Shown here: positions 13,340-25,490 of the stretch, one piece after another
How positions within the stretch are numbered: the stretch's first letter is position 1
Layout of the letters: each line of letters begins with the position of its first letter
Source: Camelus ferus
Taxonomy: Eukaryota
Reading direction: 5' to 3'
DNA: 64,000 nt
NCBI RefSeq assembly: GCF_009834535.1
Contig: NC_045698.1
Location: forward strand, 8,248,001 to 8,312,000
The notes under the pieces: generated by a model
The model's input: only the letters and a program-made list of their open reading frames with translations
Database searches by the model: none
Told to the model about the DNA's origin: nothing
Position numbers and translations under genes: made by a program

Positions 13340-13880
13340 TAGAAGGGTCAAAAAAACCAACTGAAAAATATCCTGAATTACCACTCCTCCAAAAAGGAAA
13401 TCAGTTCAATGGCAGGTTATATACTGAAAACTCAATAGCTTCTTGAGATGTTGGCAAAAGCACAAGGTACAATTCTTTGGGGGAAAAAAAATTCACCATA
13501 GAATCAAATTATAAAATGTCCAAAAATAAATTTAACAGAAAAAGTGAAAGAAATATAAAAATAAAATCATAAAATTTCATTGAAGGAGTGAAAACAAAAT
13601 GAAACCCTTTCATGTAATTAGAAAAAAAGTCATATTCCTAGGTGGAGATATTTTTAAAGTGTCACTGCTCACCAGAATATATATATATATATATATATAT
13701 ACACATTCAGTGCAATCCCCCCAAAATCAATTTGTATCCTATCTTTACTTAAAATGTCAAAGTCGATTCATATGAAAGACTACCTATAGAAAACCAGTAA
13801 ACTCAGTTTTGAAAAAGATCTATCATTATCAAAATGTATTCTCAAATGACAATAACTCAAATAGCTTGTTATTTACTAAA
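13340..13880 (+). mobile_element. Ancient L1 ORF2 fragment with (AT)n at about 13676-13700
   Basis: aaataaatttaacagaaaaagtgaaag...ttcagtgcaatccc...gattcatatgaaa are degenerate L1 ORF2 motifs. Confidence 0.6.
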
Positions 13881-14439
13881 TAATATTATCTTTTTTTTTC
13901 AGAAACAAACTACTATGTTTACTGTCACTTAAAATCTGTCTACATGGTCATTTTCTTATAACCTTTTCTTCCTTATTGAATAAAATCTAAAAATCTCATT
14001 ATCTCTAAGAATACTAACCTGCTCAGAATTTCCTAAATTTCAGTTTCCTTGGCTATCTTTGAGCTACTTTTAAACAACATTATCCCTGAAGTCATGGGGT
14101 CTCACATGTTATTTGTGTTTTTAAGTACCCATGGAAAGAAATATATAACTGTTAAAATGAAAATGTTCAGCCCTGAGCCGCCTGCAGCCACCCCACAGGG
14201 CACCACCTCACTCCTCCGACTGAGAGTGTGCTACCTAGATGAATGTATTTCTATTTCATGAAGTTAATAAAGAACATGTGAACACAAAGTATAATTTCAT
14301 TACTTATCTTAAAGTTTTGAAATTGCCATTGATTTGGCCTTTCCCATATGTGACTTTAGCTTCTTACGCATTTTTATTAAAAATACGCTAACCTGCAATT
14401 TAAAATATTTTGAATTATTATTCAATAAAATTGGTATTT

Positions 14440-15215
14440 TTTCTTGTGGTCCATAGTTTTGTGAATTTCAACACATTGATAGATTCTTGTGACTAGCAGC
14501 ATAATCAGAATACAGAACAGTCCTGTTGCCCTAGAAACTTCCCTCATGGAATCAATCCCTTTATACACTCCTTCCTCCACCTATAGATAATCACTGATAT
14601 GTCTTCCATCTTTATGACTTTGTCTTTGGAGAATGTCATGACTTTTCTCACTTAGCAAATGTCTTTGGATTCATTAAAGTTGTTGCAAGTGTCAATCGTT
14701 TGCTCTTTTATACTGCTGAGTGGTATTCTGTTTGTGGATGTACCACATTCAGTTTCAGCATTCATCTGTTGAAAGAGATTTAGGTTGTTTCGAGCTTTGA
14801 GTATTACAAATAAAGTTAATATGAACACTCATATACAGTCTTGGCACAAACATAAGTTTTCATTTCTCTAGGGTAAATACCTAGATATTTGATCCTGGGT
14901 CATATGGTGACTATATATTTAACTTTATAAGAAAATACCAGTTTTCCAGCATCTATAGCATTTTGCATTCCTTCCAGCAACGTGTTAAGAGTTCCAGTTC
15001 CTCTGTGTTACTGGTATTGTCAAGTTGTTTTTTTTGTTTTTTTTGATGTGTTTGTTATTAAATTTTAGCCATTCTGATCAGTGTGCAGGGATATCTCATT
15101 GTGGTTCACATCTGCATTCTCCCAGTGGTTAATGATGGGAAATATCCTCCCCAGTGCTTACTTGCTCTCCTTATAACTTCTTGATGAAGTATCTGTTCAC
15201 GTCCTCTGCTTACCC
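14440..15215 (-). mobile_element. Old L1 (L1M-type) 3' region
   Basis: tactgctgagtggtattctgtttgtggatgtaccac...cattttgcattccttccagcaa...tatctcattgtggtt...tgaagtatctgttca. Confidence 0.85.
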
Positions 15216-16735
15216 TTCATTTTAAGCTACAGAGATAATTCTTCTTCGTCATTTTTCTAGATAAAATCTATAGGTTATTAAAAATATGGCTAGATTAGGC
15301 AATCCTTTTGAATTTCATATGCTGTCAACTCACTTTCCTTTTATAAGTTCCATACAATGTGCTCTCAAAATCACTGAATGGAAATAAACATGTGAAAAGA
15401 GGAGCTTTTCAACACACAGTTTTACTTCCTTCGAGTGAAATGAGAACAGAATGAGCTGGGAGATGCGTTCTGGATAATGTAACCAAATATGCAAAGAAGA
15501 GCAAAGTTAATGAGTAATAATGCAGCGAGTGGCACACAGCTGCCCATGTAAGTTTTACATTCGCATAAACGTATTCTCTGTGCTCGCTCATTGAGGTGTT
15601 CTAACACACGTTCAATTGTTATTCACTTTATTTATGGGTTTTTTTTTAAACTAGATTTGCTGTTAGGAAAGCATTTTTCTCATCTGCAGGCATACCTGTG
15701 TCTGAAATGACAACTTAGCGAGCGCATACGAGGCAGTCTCTACAAAGTTTGCTCTAGGTTTACTGTGTTGATCCCAATGCATCCTGGCTCCACTGCCCTG
15801 TGATGGCTCAGATTCACAGTCTAGAAAGCGCTTCCCAGACAGCCCAGTATCAACCCCAGTCCCACACTAAAGGTGCACAAGGCTCCTGATGTGAATTCAT
15901 GCTGGTGGTGGAAGAGGCAAACCTCAAAGCAGCACCTAACCCTCTACCTAGAGTCTCGCTTTCTACATTCATCGTGTTCACATTTGACTTTTTTGCTACC
16001 CAGAACCTGCAACAGCATGTTTTAAAACTCCAGTCTCTGAGATTTTCAAAATTTTCACATGAAAAAAATGAATGATGCGCACATTTTTGCAGCCAGATGT
16101 TAAAAGTCAAAGAACAAGAAAATGGCTCACAATTGTGTTTTACCTGTTAAAAATGGTAAGACCTTTCCAGAAGTATGCAGAGTTTTATTCCTTATGTTCT
16201 ATTTATAAGACATAATCATTAAAACAAAATACAGACCGAGTTGCCATAGCTCTCAGTTTTTACTTATAGCTTTTGAAATTCAATGCATATTTATCACACG
16301 CGTACTCTTGGGCAAAAAGGAGGGAGGCACTAACCAAAAGATTTAAAAGATCCACAAAATGCCAGACAAATTGAATGAGGACTGTTTAAATATCCCAAGC
16401 CTTTTCATTTAAAACTTTATATTCCATTTATATTTTACATTCCAATTTTTATGCCTGACAACAAATGTTGGCTTTAAGAAACAAAATAGAACATATGTGT
16501 GTCTAGCCACACACACACACTCTATGTTTTAATTTTGTTTTTTTCATTGCTTAGATAATCCGCAACCTCATGCTCTTCAATGTTAATAAATATATCAGGA
16601 TGCACGATCGCAGTTCATCACAGGTCTTGAGTAATTCGGAGTAAACTCCCTCCTTGAAACGAAATACTCCGAAGAACACACTTCAAAATCAAAACACAAG
16701 AGGGATGGCTTATGATGGAAACTGTAACCATTATT

Positions 16736-16890
16736 AGGAAATCAAAAAGGAAGATAAATGTGATTATTGATTTCCAAATTTTTGAAAAGGTAGAAAGAGT
16801 GAATTTTTAAAAGGAAATCAAAAAGGAAGATGAATGTGATTATTAATTTCCAGATTTCTGAAAAGGTAGAAAGAGTGAATTTTTAAAAGG
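16736..16890. repeat. 76-bp tandem duplication (2 copies, 4 mismatches)
   Basis: Copies start at 16736 and 16812: aggaaatcaaaaaggaagat(a/g)aatgtgattatt(g/a)atttcca(a/g)attt(t/c)tgaaaaggtagaaagagtgaatttttaaa. Confidence 0.95.
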
Positions 16891-17256
16891 CCTCCAGCTT
16901 TTTAAATCTTATGCTACTACACAATTATGACAATGATTACTGCCTAGGATCCACCTGTCCTGATGGTACACAGCTTCCCTGGTGATGCAGGGCCCTCTCC
17001 AAGCCCTTGGGGAGGCCTCCATTTTCACCTTAATGACAGGATTTGGAATGTGTAATGGGACAAACCATTTATTATGACATTGCAAACAGTTAAATAGCAC
17101 TGATTGAGTGGACCCCAGGCACTATTTAAAGGGCTTTCCATATAATATCTCAATCACCTTCTCAACCACACTCGGAGATTTGGACATTATTAATACCATC
17201 TCCAGTATATGCAGGAGCAAACTAAGGCACAGAAAAGTTAAAAGTTTTTTCAAAGT

Positions 17257-17392
17257 GGGGGAGGGTATAGCTCAGAAGTAGAGTGCAGATGCCTGAAGTC
17301 CTGGGTTCAATCCCCAGTACCTCCGTTAAAAAACAAACAAACAATTCATAAATAAACCTAAATCACTCCCCTCACTCCCTCAAAATAAAAGC
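17257..17392 (+). mobile_element. tRNA-derived camelid SINE (vic-1-like)
   Basis: gggggagggtatagctcagaagtagagtgc...gtcctgggttcaatccccagtacctcc with A/B boxes and A-rich tail. Confidence 0.88.
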
Positions 17393-17426
17393 TTTGGAAA
17401 AAAAAAAAAAGATCTAGGCTCTTGTA

Positions 17427-17542
17427 GGGGAAGGTATAGCTCAGTGGTAGAGTGTATGCTTAGCATGCACGAGGTCCTGGGGATTGAACCCAACTACATA
17501 AAAAAATACATAAACTTAATTAACCCACCTCCTCCCAAAAAA
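17427..17542 (+). mobile_element. tRNA-derived camelid SINE (vic-1-like) with inverted B-box segment
   Basis: ggggaaggtatagctcagtggtagagtgtatgcttagcatgcacgaggtcctgg followed by A-rich tail. Confidence 0.88.
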
Positions 17543-20500
17543 TGGTTTCTCAGGTTCCCAGCACTAGGAAGAAACAGAGCTGGAATTCCAACCCAGGCAG
17601 TCTGGCTTGGGAATCCACAATCTTAATCCTCCCTGCTTCCTAGGGAGACAGAAATGCAGAACATCCTCCTGGGAATTACAGATGTCACTTCTAAGCGGGA
17701 TGTTCTCCCCCACTGTGACCACGATAACGTCCTCCTCTTTTCTAGGGCACCGGTTCCCTTTCAGAGCGGGGACTCTTGAAACAGTTGCCGGTGCCAAAAT
17801 GGAAAGCTGCTACAGTGACAAGCCTGATTTCCAAGTAGATACCCAGTCAGTGTTTTAAATAACATATTTTAGAAAGAATCCAGCAACTCAGCAACCACTT
17901 GTGACGCATTCTTTCTAATTACCATCGAACATTTGGTTCTCTGTAGACACTTTGCTGTCACCAAAATACTGCTATTTCATGCATGAGAACTTGCTTAGCA
18001 AAAATATTTTCAAAAAGAACCAGGACAGCTGTCAAAAATGATCATAACCTTTGCGATGTGAAGAATCCTGAAATAAGCTGTTGGGTATCTTTACGTGCGA
18101 AACGGAAGCCGGGTACAGCCCTCGGATACTTAGAGCACATCTCATAACACAAAATACTGTCTTGCACACACCCACACGCTGCTGTATAATGTCAGCAAAA
18201 AACGCACTGCCTGTGTTATTTCGCGTGATCACGAATGGAGGGTAGCTAAGTAGGTATTTTCACTCGCTGTTTCTCAGAAAACTTCTTCAAGGCTTGAACA
18301 GGTTTAAACAAGAATCTTGTATCACTACCAGGTAGCAAACTAGCTCCTAGACTAGTTCCCTCTAGAGAATCCTGTCCATTCTTCGTTTCTTGATGTCTCA
18401 GTGGTAGGAAGACTTTACGCAATGGTGTAGATGTGTCTGACATGTATTTATAAGGATGTGTAAATATCAGAAACTGTATATACATGTATACAGTAGTCTA
18501 TACATACGACGTATGATGTGAATTGATGCGAATTGATGTTCTGATATCTGTATCTACGTCTACATAGCTATACTTACATCTAGATCTAGATTTTTTCTCT
18601 CTCCCACCAGCCTTTTTTTGTGTGTGAAAAAATGGACTAATATGAAATATAGCCAAATAAAGAGAAATATATATTTTTACTCAGACAATTATTTTCACAG
18701 TTACTGGGTTTGAATTACGGACCTCCATGGCTTTGAACCACCTGCTTAGGGGACTGAAGCCTGATTTGCTGTTTGGAAAACAGAGGGATTTGGTTAAGGC
18801 GTTGGGTGACATCAGTGCCTTTCAACCTAAGGTCTGCAGAGTCCTCGAGCTTCAAGTCTCGGGGTGACTGGGGTGCAGGGGGAGGAGGTGAGATTCTAGG
18901 CATCAAGCAACTTAAAATGCCACCTCTCCAGGCTGAGATATAGACAGGACTTCTGAGGAAGATTTCACTAGAAATTCAAGATCAAAACACATGTGAAAAT
19001 CTCTGATCCTTAAGGCCACTTACAGTACTTGTAGTATTTTGTTGCCATTTAATGCCTTAAAGAGACACATTGATATTCACATTTACTGTGATCTTACATA
19101 GAATGACATCTTCACTCTCTACGCATCCGTATGAAATACAGAAAAGTAGTGTGTCACAGCTTTAATGGAGCTGACCATCTAATTGCCTAGAAGTCATTGT
19201 TATCTAACCATAATGTATATATATGTACAAGCAAGACTCTGACATAGCTGTTTGCCCTACTTAGCTTACTTTAGGTTAACAATAAGTGCTCCACAGCAAT
19301 GAAATTTCATTTAACAAAATACTAATCTTCCGACTTATTCATCTGAATCAATGAGGTTTTACATAACATCTTACTTCAGAAGCGCAAACTACTATCTTAA
19401 GAACAATTTCGAATTTGGCTTGGCTAATTTTCTCTGTAAGTCTTCAGTATATGAAAAATATTAAAGATCTGAAAAACATTAACCTAGGATAAATGCAGAT
19501 TTGTAGTTGAGATAACTTAAATTTATAAATGTCTGAATTATTTTTTAAAGAACAATTAAAAATACATAACATATAAAGAGTGTAAAATATCACAGTGATT
19601 CAAATTTTTTCTAACAAAATTTGATGCAATTTGTGCTTAAAGAAAAATATTTAGAATTAAAGGGTTGTTAATTCAATGTCCACCCTTCAGGAATAAAAGA
19701 TCTATTTGTGATTTTTAAGAATATATTCGTTTTCATAACATCCTGACAAGGAAGATTCTGAACCTTCCAGTTGGTAATCAATAGTCATTGTTAATGATTA
19801 GGTGACTTCATGAATATTTTCTGACTCTGAAGAAGATGTGGGTTTGTTGCTACGTCATCAATCATCATGGGCCATCTGGCTAAAGAGAAGAACAAGTCTT
19901 CATTAGAAGCAAACATTTTTGAAAATCCATTTTACCAACAGCTATGAGTGCATTCATCTCATTTGCAGAAGAAGGGAGCTTTCTGATCTGTAAATGCCTA
20001 TTCTACCTCGTCTCAACCATGTGGGAGTGGTATCGGCAAAAGAAACGTGGACGTGAAACAAATACAAAGAATTTTCAAAGAGATGCTGCCACCTTTTGGT
20101 TGCACTTCCATGAAGCTGACACTCACTCCTGAAAGCTTGCGAAGTCAGAAGAAAGTCTCACTGAAACGATGGCGAACATTTCAGAATCATAAGCAATTCC
20201 GTGGTGGCCGTATTTCTTATTTAGAATGGCTCCCACTATTTTGGAAAGTTTCAGAAAGACTCATTGACAGGAAGTCATCTTTCCAAATGTTAATACAGCA
20301 GTAGAAAAGATCCACTTGAGAAATGGAGAAATGCTCCTTGTTTTATTGAGGTCAGACATATTAATGCTGTGTCATAATACCCATCGAGGCGATAATAAAG
20401 GAATTTTTATTCTACTGAAGGAAAGACCAGGAAAGATCACTTAATGCTTTCTGCGCTAGCATTCCATCGAGGCTCCACGTCTCATTTCGTCAGTGGTTAG

Positions 20501-22734
20501 TTCTCATACTTGTGAAGATCTTTTTTACTAATCCCACTCTCCAAACAGAGTAGGGATCCAATCTGTCTTTTCTTACAAGTTCTTCACAATTTCTTTCATT
20601 CCTCAGGAGTTAATTTGCTTTCAGGCTGAAGCAGCACCTACTCCTAAGGAAAGAGTTTACCATCCTGGAGTCTAATCAATAATTACAAGAATAGGCCCCA
20701 TGGTTTTTTAATGACTTCATTTAACTGACTCTGACTTGAAATCAGAAACCTTCTTTGAGTCTGATGGTTATATTTATTATTTATAAAAATATTTTAACAA
20801 GTTGAAATATTAATCATGGTATACTGAGTGTTCATTCTGTCACTTTAAAAACTGAACCGTTGTCTTAAGCAGTATTCAATAGCACTGTTGGTATTTACTC
20901 TCCTTCTTTGATTCCTTTGAAGTAATTATTCAAATCACTGACTTTACATGCCAAAGATCTGAAGGGTTTCCAAATGCACCTGCAACCTAAAGGAACAGTA
21001 CCCAACCATGTAAGCCGTGGGCTAATTCCAAAGGACTCAAGGAAACTGGGATTTAGTCCAGTTTTACAATACCACCATTGACCTTGAACTGCCCTTCAGT
21101 GTATAGCCCAGAAGCAAGCTGAGACCATCACTGCCCCTTGTGGTCTGCAACACAGTGCTTCAGATCCTCTCACGGCACAGTGATGGGTGGATGCCCCAGG
21201 ATGTCCCAGCCCCTCACTGGCTACTGCAGATGCCAGGAGTCCAGGCAGAGCTTACACCCCTGGTTTCTGGACTTCTCTGAGTTCCTACTGCCACCTCTCT
21301 TCTGACTCACATAGACCAAGTCAGGAAGCTCAGCCCTTAAGTGACTTCTGCAATAGAATCTCATTCAAGTTCTAACTTCAGCCTCCCTTACTGAGGCCTG
21401 AAGAGGGCTGGAGACACACAGAGCCCACTCCTAGCTCCTCCTCCGCCCCTCCTCCTCCACACATCTATTCGGCTGCCCCTCAACCCAATGGCCCCAAAAT
21501 GCTTCTCCCTCAAGAGGAGCCATGAGGCCAACAGTATCTCATATCCTTTCCTATGACGTTATTACAATTCCTCTCCTCTCCTCACTCCCCATCCTGCTTC
21601 ATGGCCCCTCCTTACTCAGCACCCATCATCAGGATTATTCCGAATTGAGAGCATTATATGAAACATCCTCACAATGCCTCCTTGTCTGTCTCTCCTTTCC
21701 GAGATGACAACAGCTCCATGACTAATCTGCCAAGGCTAGTTTTTAAAGTTTATGTATCTATTGTTGCTGTTGTAAGGCATGAAAAAATAGCAGGGACCGT
21801 GGAAGTGTGTGTGTTAACCTCAGGACCACGAGGAACAAATAGGTTTCCGACACCCAGGTCCGGTTCAGCTGTCTTATTTCCCTAGCCGGCAGGTACTGCC
21901 CACTCCCGGTTATCAAATAGGTCCGGTGAGAACTGCTGAGCGTATGTTTGATTTTCATGCTAGCCCTGACTCAGGTCATCAGTGTTTTACTGTAGGATTT
22001 CTTCATGGGGCCAGTACCATCAGAGCTGTTCTTTAGCCCCGTGATGCGTAAAACAGAGTTGTCCTGTGGAAGCAGCCGCTGGCTATGCTGCATTCCATCA
22101 GAAAATGCATTCAGGGTTTTCAGAGTCTGCCACCCCCAAACCCTAAGTCAGGAACTTAGCTGAGCTTCAGATCTGCATGATACACGTGGGAGAGGTCTAT
22201 GCAGACTGGGAGGACATGGAATTCTCTGACTACTGTCAGTAAAGGGAACTCACCACAGAGAGAAGCCTCTGTTTAGGTACTAGAGTCCTCTGCTCAGCCA
22301 GTTGTTCTGAATTCCAAATTCATTTTCCCGCAGAGACGGTGCCATACCTGACCATGAGCTCCGTGCCCCACCCACAGCATCACTGTCCTCCTGTCTAAGG
22401 GCACTGTCTGGACTGCCCTAAGCAGAAGGAGTGACACGGGCTCTAGGATGCTGGCCAGGGCTGGAGAGCGGGCAGGGGAGAGGACAGACCACCGCCCTGT
22501 GCTGGACGCCTGAGCTGGACCGCCTCGAGCACTGCGCCCAATCCTTTGCATCCACTCCTCCAACGCGGTCAGAGTGAGGGAGCACAGACGTGGTAAACAC
22601 ATGCCCGGAGGAGCCAAGGGGGAAGGATGGAGAGCTGGGGCTCACTCGTGCTTGTCTGCCTATGTCTCCAAACCTGTGAACCCAGTACCTTTGAAAAGAG
22701 GGACGTCCCCCTCCAGGTTTGAATTGTTTTCACT

Positions 22735-23190
22735 CACTCATTAGAAAACTATCTTTTTTCAGTCACTGGCTGAGTGCTTCCAATGCAAAGGAGAACAAAG
22801 ATGTCACTTCTGCTTCAATGACACTTTTTATCTAATGTGAAAGGTCAGATCACATAAAGAACTATGTGGATAGAAATTATGATGGGATATGAAGGAAGTG
22901 GTTGGGTGCCCCGAGCTTAAGGAGGGCTATGTTAGATTAGGTGGTCAGTTAAGGCCACTGTGGGAGTAACATTTAAGCTGAGACAGGAAGGGTAAGTAGA
23001 TGCCCAGGAGACAGGGAATTATGGGTAGAGTAGAGGGTATGGTGTGTGCAAAGGCCGTGAGGCACAGAAGAACTTGGTGCATTTTAGAAGACGGAAAGAT
23101 CTGCTAGAGGCAGAGAGTGGGGGAGGAAGGGCAAGAGGAAAGTCTGTAAAAGCAGGCAGGGGTAAGATAAGGAGTATCTTGAAAGAGCAG
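22735..23190 (-). mobile_element. L2 fragment
   Basis: cactcactcatt...gaacaaagatgtcacttctgcttcaatg...gtaacatttaagctgagac...gtgtgcaaaggccgtgaggca. Confidence 0.7.
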
Positions 23191-23810
23191 AAGAAATTTT
23201 TATTAGGAAATAAGATAGGTGACCCAAGCTAGATCTATGGGTGGTATATTTTAGACATTGATTTGTATGTGTGAATTACCCATAAATCTACTTTTATGTC
23301 TGAAACCACCCATAAATCGAGCAAGAAAAATTAATGACATACTTGTGTAATATTGTAAGAAAATGGTTTTATGATAAATTAGCTTATCTTCCAGCAAATC
23401 GGAGTCCCTCCCCACCGTCCTGCAGTGGAACAGGCTTTGTGCCCCGTTGACTTCGAGCGTGGCTAAGGGACTCGATTCAGTTGATGGGATGGAACAGAAC
23501 GGTATGGGATGTGAGCATCAGAGGGTGGGGGGATCCCATGAGAGAAGGTCACGCCCCTTCATCCTGGGCTCAGAATGACCAGACACCACTCTGATCTGCC
23601 AGCAAACTGCACACACCCTACTTCACGAGTTATGTGCACAACAGTAAGTGTGCAAATAAATGCTTGGCATTATCGGACACTGGGCTCTGCGGTGGTTCAT
23701 TATGCAGTTTTGTGGCAGCAAAAGGTAACATTAAAAAGAGCCTTAACATTAAAAATTGCTCTTATCATCTCCCCCAACATACATGCACACTTGCACTTGC
23801 AAACACACAG

Positions 23811-23811
<1 letters not shown>

Positions 23812-23842
<31 letters not shown>
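23812..23842. repeat. (AC)n microsatellite
   Basis: perfect AC run. Confidence 0.95.
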
Positions 23843-23845
<3 letters not shown>

Positions 23846-24629
23846 TTTGCTAGGCACCAGACTTGACTACAGAAGAAGCAACAGAGAAATGACGTCTAGG
23901 AGGCTAAGCAGATGTGAGCCATCACTCTTGACTCTACCACTAAATGATGGCTGGTGAGGCCGTGACTTTGAGTTAAACCTGGCTGCTACTACTGGCTGTG
24001 CTCTGGGCTTCGTTATAAACCTACTGTATAGAGTATTTCAGCTTTTCAGCAATTTTTTTCTTTTCCCTCAAGAAAGGAAGGGTATCAGTGAAATGCAATG
24101 GCAAAGGAGGACCGCACTGAGCAGCTGCACATACAGGATCTCAGTTTCCAGCTTAGGGAAACCTCCGTCTTTTCTAGCACGTGTCTTTACAGCCAATAAG
24201 ATGCTGGCACTTAAAGCTATTACACTGCTCCCTTGAGTATAGTTGGGGGATTTTTATGTTGCTATAATGCTTCCCGCTTCTTAAGGGTTTTTTGGAGCAA
24301 ATCTTTTAACCATGAAGTTGTACTGCATAGACTCCAGGATGACATTGAAAGGCACCTAAAAGAGAGAAAACTGCATTGATATATTTGGTCATTGCATTAA
24401 TTGCTGCACCAATCTAAGTTCTAGATGTGATTTTTTTAAATTATCTGATGGCTCTTAAACATTCTCATATCCTAAGAATGTAAATACATTAAAATACAGA
24501 ATTCATGAAATCTGGAGTCCTTTCTACTGTGCTGGGAGTTCTTCAAACAGGACAGGTAAATTTCTTGTTCTCAGATACACGGGTTTTCAGAACGTTAGAG
24601 TTGAAATAGGCTTCAGAACTCCTCTAACC

Positions 24630-24805
24630 TAGTGCAAATTTTGTGGGTCATCCTTTGAGGATCTAGTGAAACCAATGAAATGCCTCCCCAGAAAAAATTT
24701 CAAATCAAAATTTGATACATACTTACAGGGAGTTCAGACTATTCTAAAACCCATCTATGGACAGACACCTCGTGACTTCATGGTCTCCAGAATAAGAGCT
24801 CTGAT
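24630..24805. mobile_element. hAT-Charlie-type MITE (MER117-like), next to a MIR3-like piece
   Basis: gggtcatcctttgaggatctagtgaaacc...ctccccagaaaaa...cagggagttcagac...cccatctatggac...ccagaataagagctctg. Confidence 0.55.
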
Positions 24806-24989
24806 CTTGTCTATATTCTAGATGAGAATCATTTTTCCTGTCCTCTCCATCTAGTTCTCCGCTGCCCTGCAGTGACGGACCAAAGCCTGGAGAGAGGTCG
24901 GATCACTGCAGGATTACTGTTCACCAACTTGCTTCTGATCTGCTTAAAACTTTCGGAAGTAATTGGAGAGAAAAGGATTATGCTGTGGT

Positions 24990-25490
24990 GTAGCCGTCAC
25001 CCACCTTTCAAAAACTGTCAACATCTGGTCACCCTGTTTCATCTGTTCCCCCTCCTTCACTTTTTTGGCTGAAGTGTTCTAAAACAAACGCATGGCATCT
25101 TACTGTTTCATCCATGAAATTTGTAATGTGCACGTCCAGACAATAAGGATATGCCATTACCCTGATTCGTAGAAATTCCCAGATCCAACAGCAACCCCTC
25201 CTATCATGATTCCAAATTCATACTAAAATTTCTCATCCTGAAGATTTTTTAAACAGTTGGTTTGTTCAAACCAGGGTCCAAAATATTTGCATATTTAATT
25301 TGCTTGTTCTATTTCTTAAATGTCTTGTATTTTAATAGCCCCTTCCTGAGTTCTCTTTTTATTGATTTCTTTTAAAAAAATAATTTTTTTTTTCTTGAAG
25401 AATCTCCCACATTCTGGATTTGGCCACTAACTCCCTTATACTCCCACTGAATTTGTTCTATCATCCTACAGTGGATGCCCTAAAATTAGA
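24990..25490 (-). mobile_element. Old L1 (L1MC4-like) 3' UTR fragment
   Basis: acagttggtttgttcaaaccagggtccaa and cccacattctggatttggc motifs. Confidence 0.6.

Larger units (their letters stand above)
17085..17630 (-). mobile_element. MIR split by two tandem camelid SINEs
   Basis: The left part ends ...aactaaggcacagaaaagttaa. The right part resumes ctcaggttcccagcactaggaagaaacagagctggaattccaacccaggcagtctggct. Confidence 0.8.

Noticed and set aside
17257..17500. tRNA-like sequences
   Set aside because: They are SINE heads with A-rich tails and no intact cloverleaf, so not tRNA genes
21131..21144. CTCF-like CCACAAGGGGCAG on the minus strand
   Set aside because: One base short of the core spacing
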